A stretch of DNA of 32,000 nt from Patescibacteria group bacterium (lineage in GTDB: Bacteria > Patescibacteriota > UBA1384 > XYA2-FULL-43-10). The DNA lies in the NCBI GenBank assembly GCA_041674405.1, contig JBAYVT010000003.1:30001-62000 (forward strand), given 5' to 3'. A program made the translations under genes and the position numbers. The notes below the pieces were generated by a model. It was not told the DNA's origin. It was given only the letters and a program-made list of their open reading frames with translations, and ran no database searches. Every line of letters starts with the position of its first letter. The first letter of the stretch is position 1. This document shows, in pieces, positions 8,540 to 16,206 of this stretch.

Positions 8540-8881
8540 ATGTATTTTCTTTTGCGTTGGATAATAAATACTCTGGCACTTTTAATTGCGGCATATCTAG
8601 TGCCTGGTGTTTCATTTTCTGGCTTTTGGTCAGCTTTGATTGCCGCGTTGATTTTTGGTTTGATCAATGCTGTGATACGGCCGATCATGATAATACTTAC
8701 TCTGCCCGTAAATCTGGTTACGCTTGGCTTGTTTACGCTTGTAATAAATGCCCTTATGTTCTGGCTAGCATCGGCAGTAGTCAAGGGGTTTACAGTAACA
8801 GGATTCTGGCCAGCTTTTTTCGGCGCATTGGTTTACTGGATCATTATTATATTGGTTAATCTTATCGAGAAAGCCGATTAG
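8540..8881 (+). CDS. Phage-holin-4/DUF360 (YvlD-like) family membrane protein
   Basis: LVPGVSFSGFWSALIAALIFGLINAVIRPIMIILTLPVNLVTLGLFTLVINALMFWLA matches the DUF360 pattern. The ATG at 8540 is preceded by GGAG; the ORF track starts at GTG 8534. Confidence 0.7.
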   Translation: MYFLLRWIINTLALLIAAYLVPGVSFSGFWSALIAALIFGLINAVIRPIMIILTLPVNLVTLGLFTLVINALMFWLASAVVKGFTVTGFWPAFFGALVYWIIIILVNLIEKAD

Positions 8882-8887
8882 CCAGCC

Positions 8888-8916
8888 TTGACCCTGACTC
8901 AAAAATAAGCTATAAT
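8888..8916 (+). promoter_or_regulatory. Near-consensus promoter TTGACC-N17-TATAAT for tRNA-Lys
   Basis: Hexamers lie at 8888-8893 and 8911-8916. A 9-bp leader hairpin (atgtttttg/caaaaacat, 8921-8943) precedes the tRNA. Confidence 0.6.
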
Positions 8917-8955
8917 CTGTATGTTTTTGGCGAACAAAAACATGAGTTAAATTCT

Positions 8956-9030
8956 GGATTGCTAGCTCAATGGTAGAGCAGTGGCCTTTTAAGCCATTGG
9001 TTCTGGGTTCGAGTCCCAGGCAATCCACCA
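8956..9030 (+). tRNA. tRNA-Lys (anticodon UUU), CCA encoded
   Basis: Cloverleaf: acceptor GGATTGC/GCAATCC, D-arm AGCTCAATGGTAGAGC, anticodon arm GTGGC-CTTTTAA-GCCAT, T-arm CTGGGTTCGAGTCCCAG, 3' ACCA. Confidence 0.93.
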
Positions 9031-9063
9031 AAAAAACTTTGACCTTGCGTCAGAGTTTTTTTG
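9031..9063 (+). terminator. Terminator hairpin after tRNA-Lys
   Basis: An 8-bp stem actttgac/gtcagagt (one G-U pair) is flanked by an A-run and a T-run. Confidence 0.6.
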
Positions 9064-9075
9064 TTGGAATTGGAC

Positions 9076-9104
9076 TTGAACATTTTATGATTTTATTGTA
9101 TTAT
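9076..9104 (+). promoter_or_regulatory. Near-consensus promoter TTGAAC-N17-TATTAT driving the G+C-rich unit
   Basis: Hexamers lie at 9076-9081 and 9099-9104 with an exact 17-nt spacer. The composition switches from AT-rich to G+C-rich immediately downstream. Confidence 0.55.
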
Positions 9105-9660
9105 TACGCGTGTCCCATGATCATAGCACACTTCGAAACAAGGGGCTGAGCGCATGGAGCCGGTAACAAAGTCTATTGAGAAGATCCTCGACCGGTTGCC
9201 GAGTAATCCCAATCCGGGATTCGGCATTGTCCTGATTTGGCTCTTGCTAAGACAGGACACTGGTGGTCGAGCGAAACGGTGCGACAGTGACCAGGAAGAT
9301 CTGACGATTGCGGCCAAAATGATCGTTCAGACCGGGAATGTCTTAGCATCCCTTGGGCTGATCCTGCACGCACAGCAGACCGAACCTCTGAGGGAGGTAT
9401 GCAACGACGAAGTACTCGCAGCAATACCCCCACGCGTGGCTACCAAGATTCATGAGGAAATCTTGGGTGCTGCAACTTCTACCCTGTTGGGAATGAAGAC
9501 CGATCGTCAACGGCGCTTTCACGTTAGAGACTATATCGCTCAAATTCCCTGCACAAATCCTCAAGACGCGGCCGAAAAGCCGCAAGAACCGCAACCTACA
9601 TCGAAGTAGAATACGAAGTACCGGTCGCTCCAGCTCACAAGCTGGAGCGCCGTTGTTTTT
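9105..9660 (+). other. G+C-rich transcription unit: either an orphan 151-aa CDS (9154-9609) or a large structured ncRNA
   Basis: Two 60-nt lines counted here have 32/60 G+C, against 18/60 in the adjacent lepA line. The unit is bounded by a promoter and a terminator. The plus-strand ORF has a G-rich first codon position and a possible AGGGG SD. ORFs of 74-107 aa also run on the opposite strand. Confidence 0.4.
9626..9660 (+). terminator. GC-rich hairpin plus T-run; shared convergent terminator with lepA
   Basis: The stem cgctccagc/gctggagcg (9626-9634 and 9641-9649) has loop tcacaa and is followed by ccgttgttttt. The lepA stop at 9659-9661 abuts it. Confidence 0.7.
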
Positions 9661-11440
9661 ACTCACTTCTTAGAACTTTTATAAAAACATCGGATGGAAT
9701 ATTTACCTTACCGATCATTTTCATTTTCTTTTTCCCCTTTTTCTGCTTGTCAAGAAGTTTGTTCTTACGAGTGACGTCGCCTCCATATAGCTTGGCAGTC
9801 ACATCCTTGCGCATAGCAGGAATTCTTTCAGAAGCAATGATTGTGGCCGAGATTGCCACCTGGATTTTAACTTCGAAATTCTGGCGCGGAATAAGATCTT
9901 TTAATCTTTCAACGATTCTTCGCGCTTCCTTCTGTGCTTTTTGCGAATTAATAATAAAACTCAGCGCGTCGACACGATCCTCAGCAATCAGAATATCGAT
10001 TTTAGATAGGTCCGCACTACGATAATCAATCATCTCATAATTAAGAGAGGCATACCCGCGAGAAATACTTTTTAGCTGGTCATAATAATCAATAATAAGT
10101 TCAGCAAGCGGAATTTCATACTTTATAACCACCCTATTATCATCAAAATATTCAGTATTTTTGTAAATTCCGCGCTTACTTTGCGTTAGATCCATGATTA
10201 CACCAATGAATTCTTTCGGAGTAATGATTTCGAGAGTAGCCCAAGGTTCAAAAATTTCGCGGTATTCGTGCGATGCTGGTAGATCGGCTGCCTTTTCAAC
10301 GATCCTTGCCTCCCCATTCAACATTGTTAATTTATAAATAACAGTCGGGCTAGTGATTACAAGATCAAGGTCAAATTCGCGTTCAAGGCGTTCACGAACG
10401 ATATCGAGGTGTAAAAGTCCAAGAAATCCGCAACGAAAACCATGGCCGAGCATTTCTGATCTCTCGGCCTCGTACGATAGCGAGCCGTCATTTAATTTAA
10501 GCTTTCCGATTGCCTCCTTGAGCTCGGGATATTTGTCCGAATCGGTACAGAATATCGAAGCATAAACAAACGGCTTAACTTTTTGATAGCCCGAAAGGGG
10601 AGAGACTGCTGGAATTTTTTTCTGCGTAATGGTATCGCCGACAGACGCTTCAGAAACTTCTTTAAATCCGGTTACAATATAACCAATTTCGCCCGATGAT
10701 AGGGGAGAGTGGGGGAAATATTTTGGTTTAAAATAGCCACACTCCTCTACTTTTCCCCCACTTTTAGTCTGCATCAAAAATATCTCGTCATTATTTTTTA
10801 TTTCGCCCGAAAACACCCGGACATAAGCAACTACTCCCCGATAGGGGTCATATACCGAGTCAAAAATTAAGGCTCTTGTCTTCTCTTCTCCCTCATCATT
10901 GGGTGCTGGTACGCGTTCAATTACTTCTTTCAAAATTTCTTCCACTCCTTCGCCGGTTTTTCCCGATGCATAGATAATTTCATTTTCACGACAACCAAGA
11001 ACTTTGATAATTTCATGAGCAACTTCTTCCGGACGAGCTGCCGGTAGATCAATTTTATTTACAACCGGTATAATCTCGAGATCATGGTCTATCGCCGCAT
11101 AAAGTGTCGAAAGGGTTTGGGCTTCAATGCCCTGAGTAGCATCAACAAGGAGGATCGCTCCCTCAACAGCTGCCAATGACCTTGAAACTTCGTATGAAAA
11201 ATCAACATGACCCGGGGTATCTATCAAATTCAAAATATGTTTGCTGTATTCCATGCGAACAGGTGCAAGCTTGATAGTAATGCCGCGCTCACGCTCAATA
11301 TCCATCTGATCAAGGAGCTGCTCTTTCATCTCACGTTTTTCAACCGTGCTGGTAATTTCCAGCATTCGGTCAGCCAGCGTTGACTTGCCGTGATCAATAT
11401 GCGCGATAATACAAAAATTGCGGATGTTTTTTTCTTCCAT
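9659..11440 (-). CDS. lepA: Elongation factor 4 (LepA)
   Basis: G-domain motifs AHIDHGKST, DTPGHVDF and NKIDL are present. The C-terminus is LepA-specific (…KLYGGDVTRKNKLLDKQKKGKKKM). Confidence 0.95.
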   Translation of the reverse strand: MEEKNIRNFCIIAHIDHGKSTLADRMLEITSTVEKREMKEQLLDQMDIERERGITIKLAPVRMEYSKHILNLIDTPGHVDFSYEVSRSLAAVEGAILLVDATQGIEAQTLSTLYAAIDHDLEIIPVVNKIDLPAARPEEVAHEIIKVLGCRENEIIYASGKTGEGVEEILKEVIERVPAPNDEGEEKTRALIFDSVYDPYRGVVAYVRVFSGEIKNNDEIFLMQTKSGGKVEECGYFKPKYFPHSPLSSGEIGYIVTGFKEVSEASVGDTITQKKIPAVSPLSGYQKVKPFVYASIFCTDSDKYPELKEAIGKLKLNDGSLSYEAERSEMLGHGFRCGFLGLLHLDIVRERLEREFDLDLVITSPTVIYKLTMLNGEARIVEKAADLPASHEYREIFEPWATLEIITPKEFIGVIMDLTQSKRGIYKNTEYFDDNRVVIKYEIPLAELIIDYYDQLKSISRGYASLNYEMIDYRSADLSKIDILIAEDRVDALSFIINSQKAQKEARRIVERLKDLIPRQNFEVKIQVAISATIIASERIPAMRKDVTAKLYGGDVTRKNKLLDKQKKGKKKMKMIGKVNIPSDVFIKVLRSE

Positions 11441-11528
11441 AACAGATGAATCTTAGCAGATTTTTACTCGGAAATCGAGTGTCTGGGAGATCAGCCATCT
11501 CCTTCAAGTCGAACTGCACACATTAAGA

Positions 11529-11570
11529 AACGTAACAATTCTTCCGCGGTCGTGGAAGAATTGTTACGTT
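11529..11570. repeat. 42-nt palindromic element, copy 3 (17-bp stem, 8-nt tip); terminator of nfo and/or element upstream of lepA
   Basis: Sequence AACGTAACAATTCTTCCGCGGTCGTGGAAGAATTGTTACGTT. The first 21 nt are identical to copy 1 except the last base. Confidence 0.7.
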
Positions 11571-11664
11571 TTTATATTTAACAAACAAATTAATTACAAA
11601 AGAAATTTACTCATGTAATACATTTAATAACTAGGATGCATTTACATTTATTTCAATAAATAAA

Positions 11665-12501
11665 TCAATCTAGTAGTTCGCGGAGAATTTTGAGATTATC
11701 TATATCACCCTTGCCCTTTATGCTGGGAGTTTCGAGAATTCCTGGCAGCTCTTTTAGTTTGGGGTGATTTACTATAACCTTAAATCCATTAATGCCGATG
11801 TATCCTTCGCCAATATCTGCATGACGATCACGACAAGAAGCAAATGGCACTGCTGAATCATTAAGATGCAAACAGATCAATCGGTCAAGGCCAATTTCTT
11901 TGTCAAATTCAGCAAGAGTATCATCGAGCCCGCCTTTAGTCGCAACATTGTACCCCGAACCGAATGCATGAGCTGTATCAAGCGTAACTTTGACTCTGTC
12001 GGAATCGACTTTTTTGATAATTTCCCCAAGTTCAGAAAATTTATCGCCAATAATGTCTCCCGCACCGGCAGAATTTTCCAATATTAGGAAAGGTCCCTCC
12101 GGGGAAGCAGCAAGGATATTTTTGATTGCCAGCACAATTTTGTCCATCACCTCAGAAAGCTTCCTTCCTTTGGTCGAACCAACATGAAAATTTGTGCCGA
12201 TAGCGTGAAGTGCTTTGGCCTTTTTCATATCGTCAATTAACGATTTTATAGATGCTTCGTAAAAGAATGGATTATTTGTTGCAAGGTTAATAAGATATAT
12301 ACCATGAATCATTACCGGATCGATTTTCGCTTTTTTATTTTTCTCCACAAAGCCCGCAACTTGATGCTCCGGAATAACAAGGGGATTCCAGCGCTGTGGC
12401 GCATTGGCAAAAATCTGCATGCATTCGCAGTGAGCTTCAACCCCGCGATCAATCGCATCAGAGAATGGTTCACGTGTAGAAATGTGCATTCCAAATTTCA
12501 T
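11665..12501 (-). CDS. nfo: Endonuclease IV (AP endonuclease)
   Basis: Xylose-isomerase-like TIM barrel with Nfo features (MKFGMHIS…QIFANAPQRW…HGIYLINLA…HLNDS…DRHADIGEGYIG). Confidence 0.88.
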   Translation of the reverse strand: MKFGMHISTREPFSDAIDRGVEAHCECMQIFANAPQRWNPLVIPEHQVAGFVEKNKKAKIDPVMIHGIYLINLATNNPFFYEASIKSLIDDMKKAKALHAIGTNFHVGSTKGRKLSEVMDKIVLAIKNILAASPEGPFLILENSAGAGDIIGDKFSELGEIIKKVDSDRVKVTLDTAHAFGSGYNVATKGGLDDTLAEFDKEIGLDRLICLHLNDSAVPFASCRDRHADIGEGYIGINGFKVIVNHPKLKELPGILETPSIKGKGDIDNLKILRELLD

Positions 12502-12507
12502 ATGCTC

Positions 12508-12861
12508 CTATTCGTCAAAACCAATTCTATTGAAATAATCATAGGAAATATTCTGCCCGTCCAAGAGTTCCAGAACTTTGTATTTCCCTCTTGTGAAAAT
12601 GTTTCCGTCATCTAAATAATGTGTAGCTTCCAGGATTTGCACACCAGCTAACGGGGGAGATAAAACTCCCTTACCCTTGGTTTCAACGAGAGGTACTTTA
12701 CCGTAAAGCCAATAATTCTTCTGATCTGACTTCAAAAATGGATAAATCTCTCCGATTTCCAATTTTTCCGGAATACATTCTTCCTTTTTTCTGTTTCCGT
12801 TTTTGTATTCGCTAATATTGCGAAGCGCCATATCCGGCGCGAATTCTACCGGTATACCCAT
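12508..12861 (-). CDS. Hypothetical protein (117 aa)
   Basis: It sits 6 nt upstream of nfo and 4 nt downstream of the preceding gene, so it is probably in the same operon. I recognise no motif. Confidence 0.5.
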   Translation of the reverse strand: MGIPVEFAPDMALRNISEYKNGNRKKEECIPEKLEIGEIYPFLKSDQKNYWLYGKVPLVETKGKGVLSPPLAGVQILEATHYLDDGNIFTRGKYKVLELLDGQNISYDYFNRIGFDE

Positions 12862-12865
12862 ATTA

Positions 12866-13282
12866 TTACTTAATTTTACTTAAGTCTCCGTTAATTATCA
12901 GCGGATTGATCATCGCGATTTCGAGTGTGTAAGGTTGGTTTTTGTCGATTGGATTAAGCAGAAAAATTTTCTTTTTTAGGAAATAGGCCACGCCAATTTC
13001 CATAATTACATTCGTTCCAAGATATCCGCTTATCCCTTTTTTCTCATTGTTGACAATAAGCATTGCATCACTCTCAGCGATTTTATTAAAAAAGCTTCTT
13101 ATTATGTCATATTCTTTCGAGAGGCGCAGTTCTTCTTCAAAATTGTTTTTGATCGAATTGTCTCTTACATAATGATCGATGTCATCAGTCGTTAAAACAG
13201 AATGCCCGGTTTTCTCCAAGTCATTTTTGATTCTCAAGATATCTTTGGCAAAGACCATACTGCCGGCAATAGTAATTTTCAT
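12866..13282 (-). CDS. Nucleoside 2-deoxyribosyltransferase-like (Rossmann-like) protein
   Basis: N-terminal KITIAGSM and a distal GYLGTNVIMEIGVAYFLKKKIFLL with a conserved-position Glu resemble the NDT-like family. The assignment is tentative. Confidence 0.4.
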   Translation of the reverse strand: MKITIAGSMVFAKDILRIKNDLEKTGHSVLTTDDIDHYVRDNSIKNNFEEELRLSKEYDIIRSFFNKIAESDAMLIVNNEKKGISGYLGTNVIMEIGVAYFLKKKIFLLNPIDKNQPYTLEIAMINPLIINGDLSKIK

Positions 13283-13905
13283 TTTAACTCCTTAAATTCC
13301 ACTTTCAGATTTTCTAAATTCAATATAGCATAATGGCCGGTTTCGGAGGAGGCGAGTTTGATAACTTTTGTTTGGCCCAGATAGCCGACGCCCCATTTCC
13401 AGTGCACATGGCCACAAATGTGGACAAGAGGTGCATCGGAGAATTTTCGTTCCGGCATCATTCTGGGGTCATCAAATTTTGATAAATTAATAATTCCCGG
13501 CGGCGGAACATGCGAGAGAAAAATTGATCCGGCAATGGCTTTTTTGTCTACGCTTCGCTCTCCTTCGTATTGTCCCGACCACGAAGCAGGGGAGCCGCCA
13601 ACTCCCGTAAAAGTCCGGCCAAACATTTCCACAATTTTCCCCTCAAGTGTTTTATATTTTGCAGACACTTTATAGTATGCGCGGCCAAAATCATTATTTC
13701 CCGGTACCCAGAAGAGAGGAATTTCGAGCTCGTCAATCATTTTGATAAATTTTTCGGCGTACCAAATCGGTTCGCCCATGTTCACGATATCGCCAGTAAA
13801 AAGAAGCAGATCTGCTTTCTCGCCCAAAACTGCTTGTTTGATTTTTTCGAGCCCTTTATTTGATGCATGCAAATCTGAAAAAAGAAAGGCAGTTTTTTCT
13901 TTCAT
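13279..13905 (-). CDS. Metallophosphoesterase (calcineurin-like)
   Basis: Motifs are SDLH(A), TGDIVNMG, VPGNNDF, SHVPP and CGHVH. It overlaps both neighbouring genes by 4 nt. Confidence 0.8.
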   Translation of the reverse strand: MKEKTAFLFSDLHASNKGLEKIKQAVLGEKADLLLFTGDIVNMGEPIWYAEKFIKMIDELEIPLFWVPGNNDFGRAYYKVSAKYKTLEGKIVEMFGRTFTGVGGSPASWSGQYEGERSVDKKAIAGSIFLSHVPPPGIINLSKFDDPRMMPERKFSDAPLVHICGHVHWKWGVGYLGQTKVIKLASSETGHYAILNLENLKVEFKELK

Positions 13906-14627
13906 AATGCCGTCCCAAGCAGATCTATTTCATGGGGCTTGAGCACGACTTCTTTAACTTCAATGCGCCCGATATCTGAAGTATAAGTGGAAATTTGATC
14001 GTCAAAATATTTATTTAAAGCATCTTTAATCGATTGAGGCAAAACAGCAACTCCAGAAGAAGCCTTTGAAAGTTCAATTTTTAATTTGCCATTTTCAGCT
14101 TTAGGAATCGCGACTATTGTTATAGGGAACGAAAAAAAACTATCGCTAGTTCTTCCGGAAATATAGACGCCGTCATTCTTGATTTCAAGAGACGATTTTT
14201 TAAGGGGAAAGTCAGCCGTACCCACACCCATAAAATTCGCAAGCTCAGATTCTGTTATCGGAATACTCACACTTTCGCCGCTTGTTTTGTCACTCAACTC
14301 TTTTACCACCTGGTCAGTAAGATACTGATCTGTATTTTTTCCATCCGAAACAATACCTTGCCGGGAAAGAGATCCTCGCAAATTCCATAGCCCATAAACC
14401 ATCAGAACAAATAATCCAGTGAAAATAATAAGCATAAATGCAACAAACGGCTTTTTACTTTTTCGCTTGCGGTCGAGTTCATTATAAAAATTGCTAAAAT
14501 CCTTGTTTGCAGATCCTTTGTCAGCATTTACTTCCGGACGAAAAATATGTGTATCCCGTCCTAAATTTATCCCGTCGATTTTTCGGCCATTATTATTGGA
14601 CTGGTTCCCCTTCAATTTCTTTTCCAT
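13902..14627 (-). CDS. Single-pass membrane protein with extracytoplasmic domain, unknown function
   Basis: There is one TM (FVAFMLIIFTGLFVLMVYGLW) after a basic N-terminus. It overlaps the murJ 3' end by 35 nt. Confidence 0.55.
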   Translation of the reverse strand: MEKKLKGNQSNNNGRKIDGINLGRDTHIFRPEVNADKGSANKDFSNFYNELDRKRKSKKPFVAFMLIIFTGLFVLMVYGLWNLRGSLSRQGIVSDGKNTDQYLTDQVVKELSDKTSGESVSIPITESELANFMGVGTADFPLKKSSLEIKNDGVYISGRTSDSFFSFPITIVAIPKAENGKLKIELSKASSGVAVLPQSIKDALNKYFDDQISTYTSDIGRIEVKEVVLKPHEIDLLGTAL

Positions 14628-16188
14628 TTATTTTCCGCTTTAGTGCCCATGAAATTTCTTCGAGTTTTAAAACGTAGGAAAGAGCCACAAAAATAACAAA
14701 ACCGAGAGCTAGTGTAAGCAATGTTTGTTCCAATACCCCGATAAATTTATTCATATTCACCAAATTGGCAAAATATAGCATGCCTTCTCGCGCAATAAAA
14801 CCAGTAATAGCAGAAATGATAACGATTTTTATGACTGAATTAATTACTTTATTAGATAACATCCCTCGATATTTTGCCACTAGAAGAACATACAGGAGAA
14901 TTAAATTAATATAGCTTCCGATTGTAAAAGAAAGCGCTAGCCCAGCTACTCCCATTTTTTGAGCCAGGGGATAAGCAATTGCTATGCTTACAGCTACCGT
15001 GATTATAGAGATGTACATGGGAGTTTTTGAATTTTTCATGGCATAAAAAGCTCTTGCCAAAAGAGGAATAAGCCCTTGGGCAAGAAGAGAAAGAGAGAAA
15101 TACCCAAGCGCAAGGGCGGTTGCCTTTGTGTCGCTCCAACCAAAACTACCCGATCCGAGGATAAGACGAATGATCTGAGCCCTGAGTAGAATGAAGGCAA
15201 CAGAAGTCGGGATAAGAAGATATGAAACTGTCCTGATCGTCCGATTCAAATAAAAAACAAATTTGTCGGTTTCATTTTTTGTAAATGCTGTTGTTAGTGT
15301 TGGAAATACTGCGGTTGCAAAAGATGTGCCCAGCACTACCACCGGCATCGTCTGGATATTATTTGCAAAATTAAATGCAGAAATTGAACCGATCGCCAAC
15401 GCCGAGCCAATCGCAGTATATACTAAAAGCATCAGTTGATTTACTCCCATACCAATAGTTCGCGGCAGCATTAGCCGGATAATTTTTTTAATCGACGCAT
15501 TTTTATAATCGAAAGAAAAAGTGTATTTGAAACCAAGTTTAAACAATGATGGTAGCTGAATCAGCATATGAAGAACTGCGCCAATTATAACAAAGTAAAC
15601 TACCCCGATGATTCCAATATTCCTTCCCAAAATAAACGTGCCCAAGATAATAGAGAGGTTATACACAAGTGGGGCAAATGAATAGGCAACGAAACGATTA
15701 AACGAATTAAGTACTCCGGAAAATATGTATGAAGCAGAGAAAAAAATCGGAGTTAACATCAAAATCCGAGCAAGCTCTGTAGTTTTTTGCATTTTTTCGA
15801 AAGAAAAATCCGGAACAACCAGTGGAGTAAGATATGGCATCAGGAAGAATAAAACAATAGCGGCAAAAATCATTATTACAGCTGCAATATTTAGAAGGAT
15901 ACTCGTAACTTTCCAGCCTTCTTCCATTTTATTGTTGCTGATAAAATCGCAAAAAACCGGAATAAATGCTGATGTTATAGCGCCTAAGATAAGAAAATTG
16001 AAAATAAGATCAGGTATACGAAATGCTGCAAAATAGATATCGAGTTGTGAAGTCGGAATATAACTTGCCAAAAAATGGTCGCGCAACATTCCTAGCACAT
16101 TGCTGATAGTCAGTGTAATAAGCAAAATTGCACTGGCCATGCGAACGCTATTTTCCGAGTGGAAAAAATTAGAGAATCGTTTTATCAT
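14593..16188 (-). CDS. murJ: Lipid II flippase MurJ
   Basis: 531 aa polytopic protein. It shows MurJ/MviN N-terminal features (…LGMLRDHFLASYIPTSQLDIYFAAFRIPD). Confidence 0.85.
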   Translation of the reverse strand: MIKRFSNFFHSENSVRMASAILLITLTISNVLGMLRDHFLASYIPTSQLDIYFAAFRIPDLIFNFLILGAITSAFIPVFCDFISNNKMEEGWKVTSILLNIAAVIMIFAAIVLFFLMPYLTPLVVPDFSFEKMQKTTELARILMLTPIFFSASYIFSGVLNSFNRFVAYSFAPLVYNLSIILGTFILGRNIGIIGVVYFVIIGAVLHMLIQLPSLFKLGFKYTFSFDYKNASIKKIIRLMLPRTIGMGVNQLMLLVYTAIGSALAIGSISAFNFANNIQTMPVVVLGTSFATAVFPTLTTAFTKNETDKFVFYLNRTIRTVSYLLIPTSVAFILLRAQIIRLILGSGSFGWSDTKATALALGYFSLSLLAQGLIPLLARAFYAMKNSKTPMYISIITVAVSIAIAYPLAQKMGVAGLALSFTIGSYINLILLYVLLVAKYRGMLSNKVINSVIKIVIISAITGFIAREGMLYFANLVNMNKFIGVLEQTLLTLALGFVIFVALSYVLKLEEISWALKRKINGKEIEGEPVQ

Positions 16189-16206
16189 ACCAGATCATAC
16201 TTTCTA

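Noticed and set aside
8497-8859. 120-aa plus-strand ORF and 88-aa minus-strand ORF overlapping the DUF360 gene
   Set aside because: These are alternative frames of a gene with a clear family signature and SD. Their products look non-biological (Cys/Trp/Phe-rich).
9454-9467. RNase P RNA, suggested by GAGGAAATCTTGGG resembling the CR-I GAGGAAAGTCCGGG
   Set aside because: The motif lies about 340 nt into the unit instead of near the 5' end. No convincing CR-IV/V (ACAGAA…GGCTTA) occurs at the proper distance. The AGGGTGAAA/GGTAAG-type specificity-domain motifs are missing.
9142-9660. tmRNA, suggested by GGGGCTGA near the 5' end of the G+C-rich unit
   Set aside because: There is no tRNA-like 3' end: no GGTTCGA-type T-arm and no terminal ACCA. 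The unit ends in an ordinary hairpin plus T-run.
8956-9660. Integrated mobile element at tRNA-Lys
   Set aside because: There is no integrase. No direct repeat of the tRNA 3' end flanks the G+C-rich unit, and the segment is only about 0.55 kb. I kept it only as a possible remnant under the G+C-island finding.
9093-9666. Three minus-strand ORFs (74, 86 and 107 aa) inside the G+C-rich island
   Set aside because: The products are Arg/Cys/Leu-rich junk-like sequences. No promoter or SD is visible. The promoter and terminator orientation supports plus-strand transcription.
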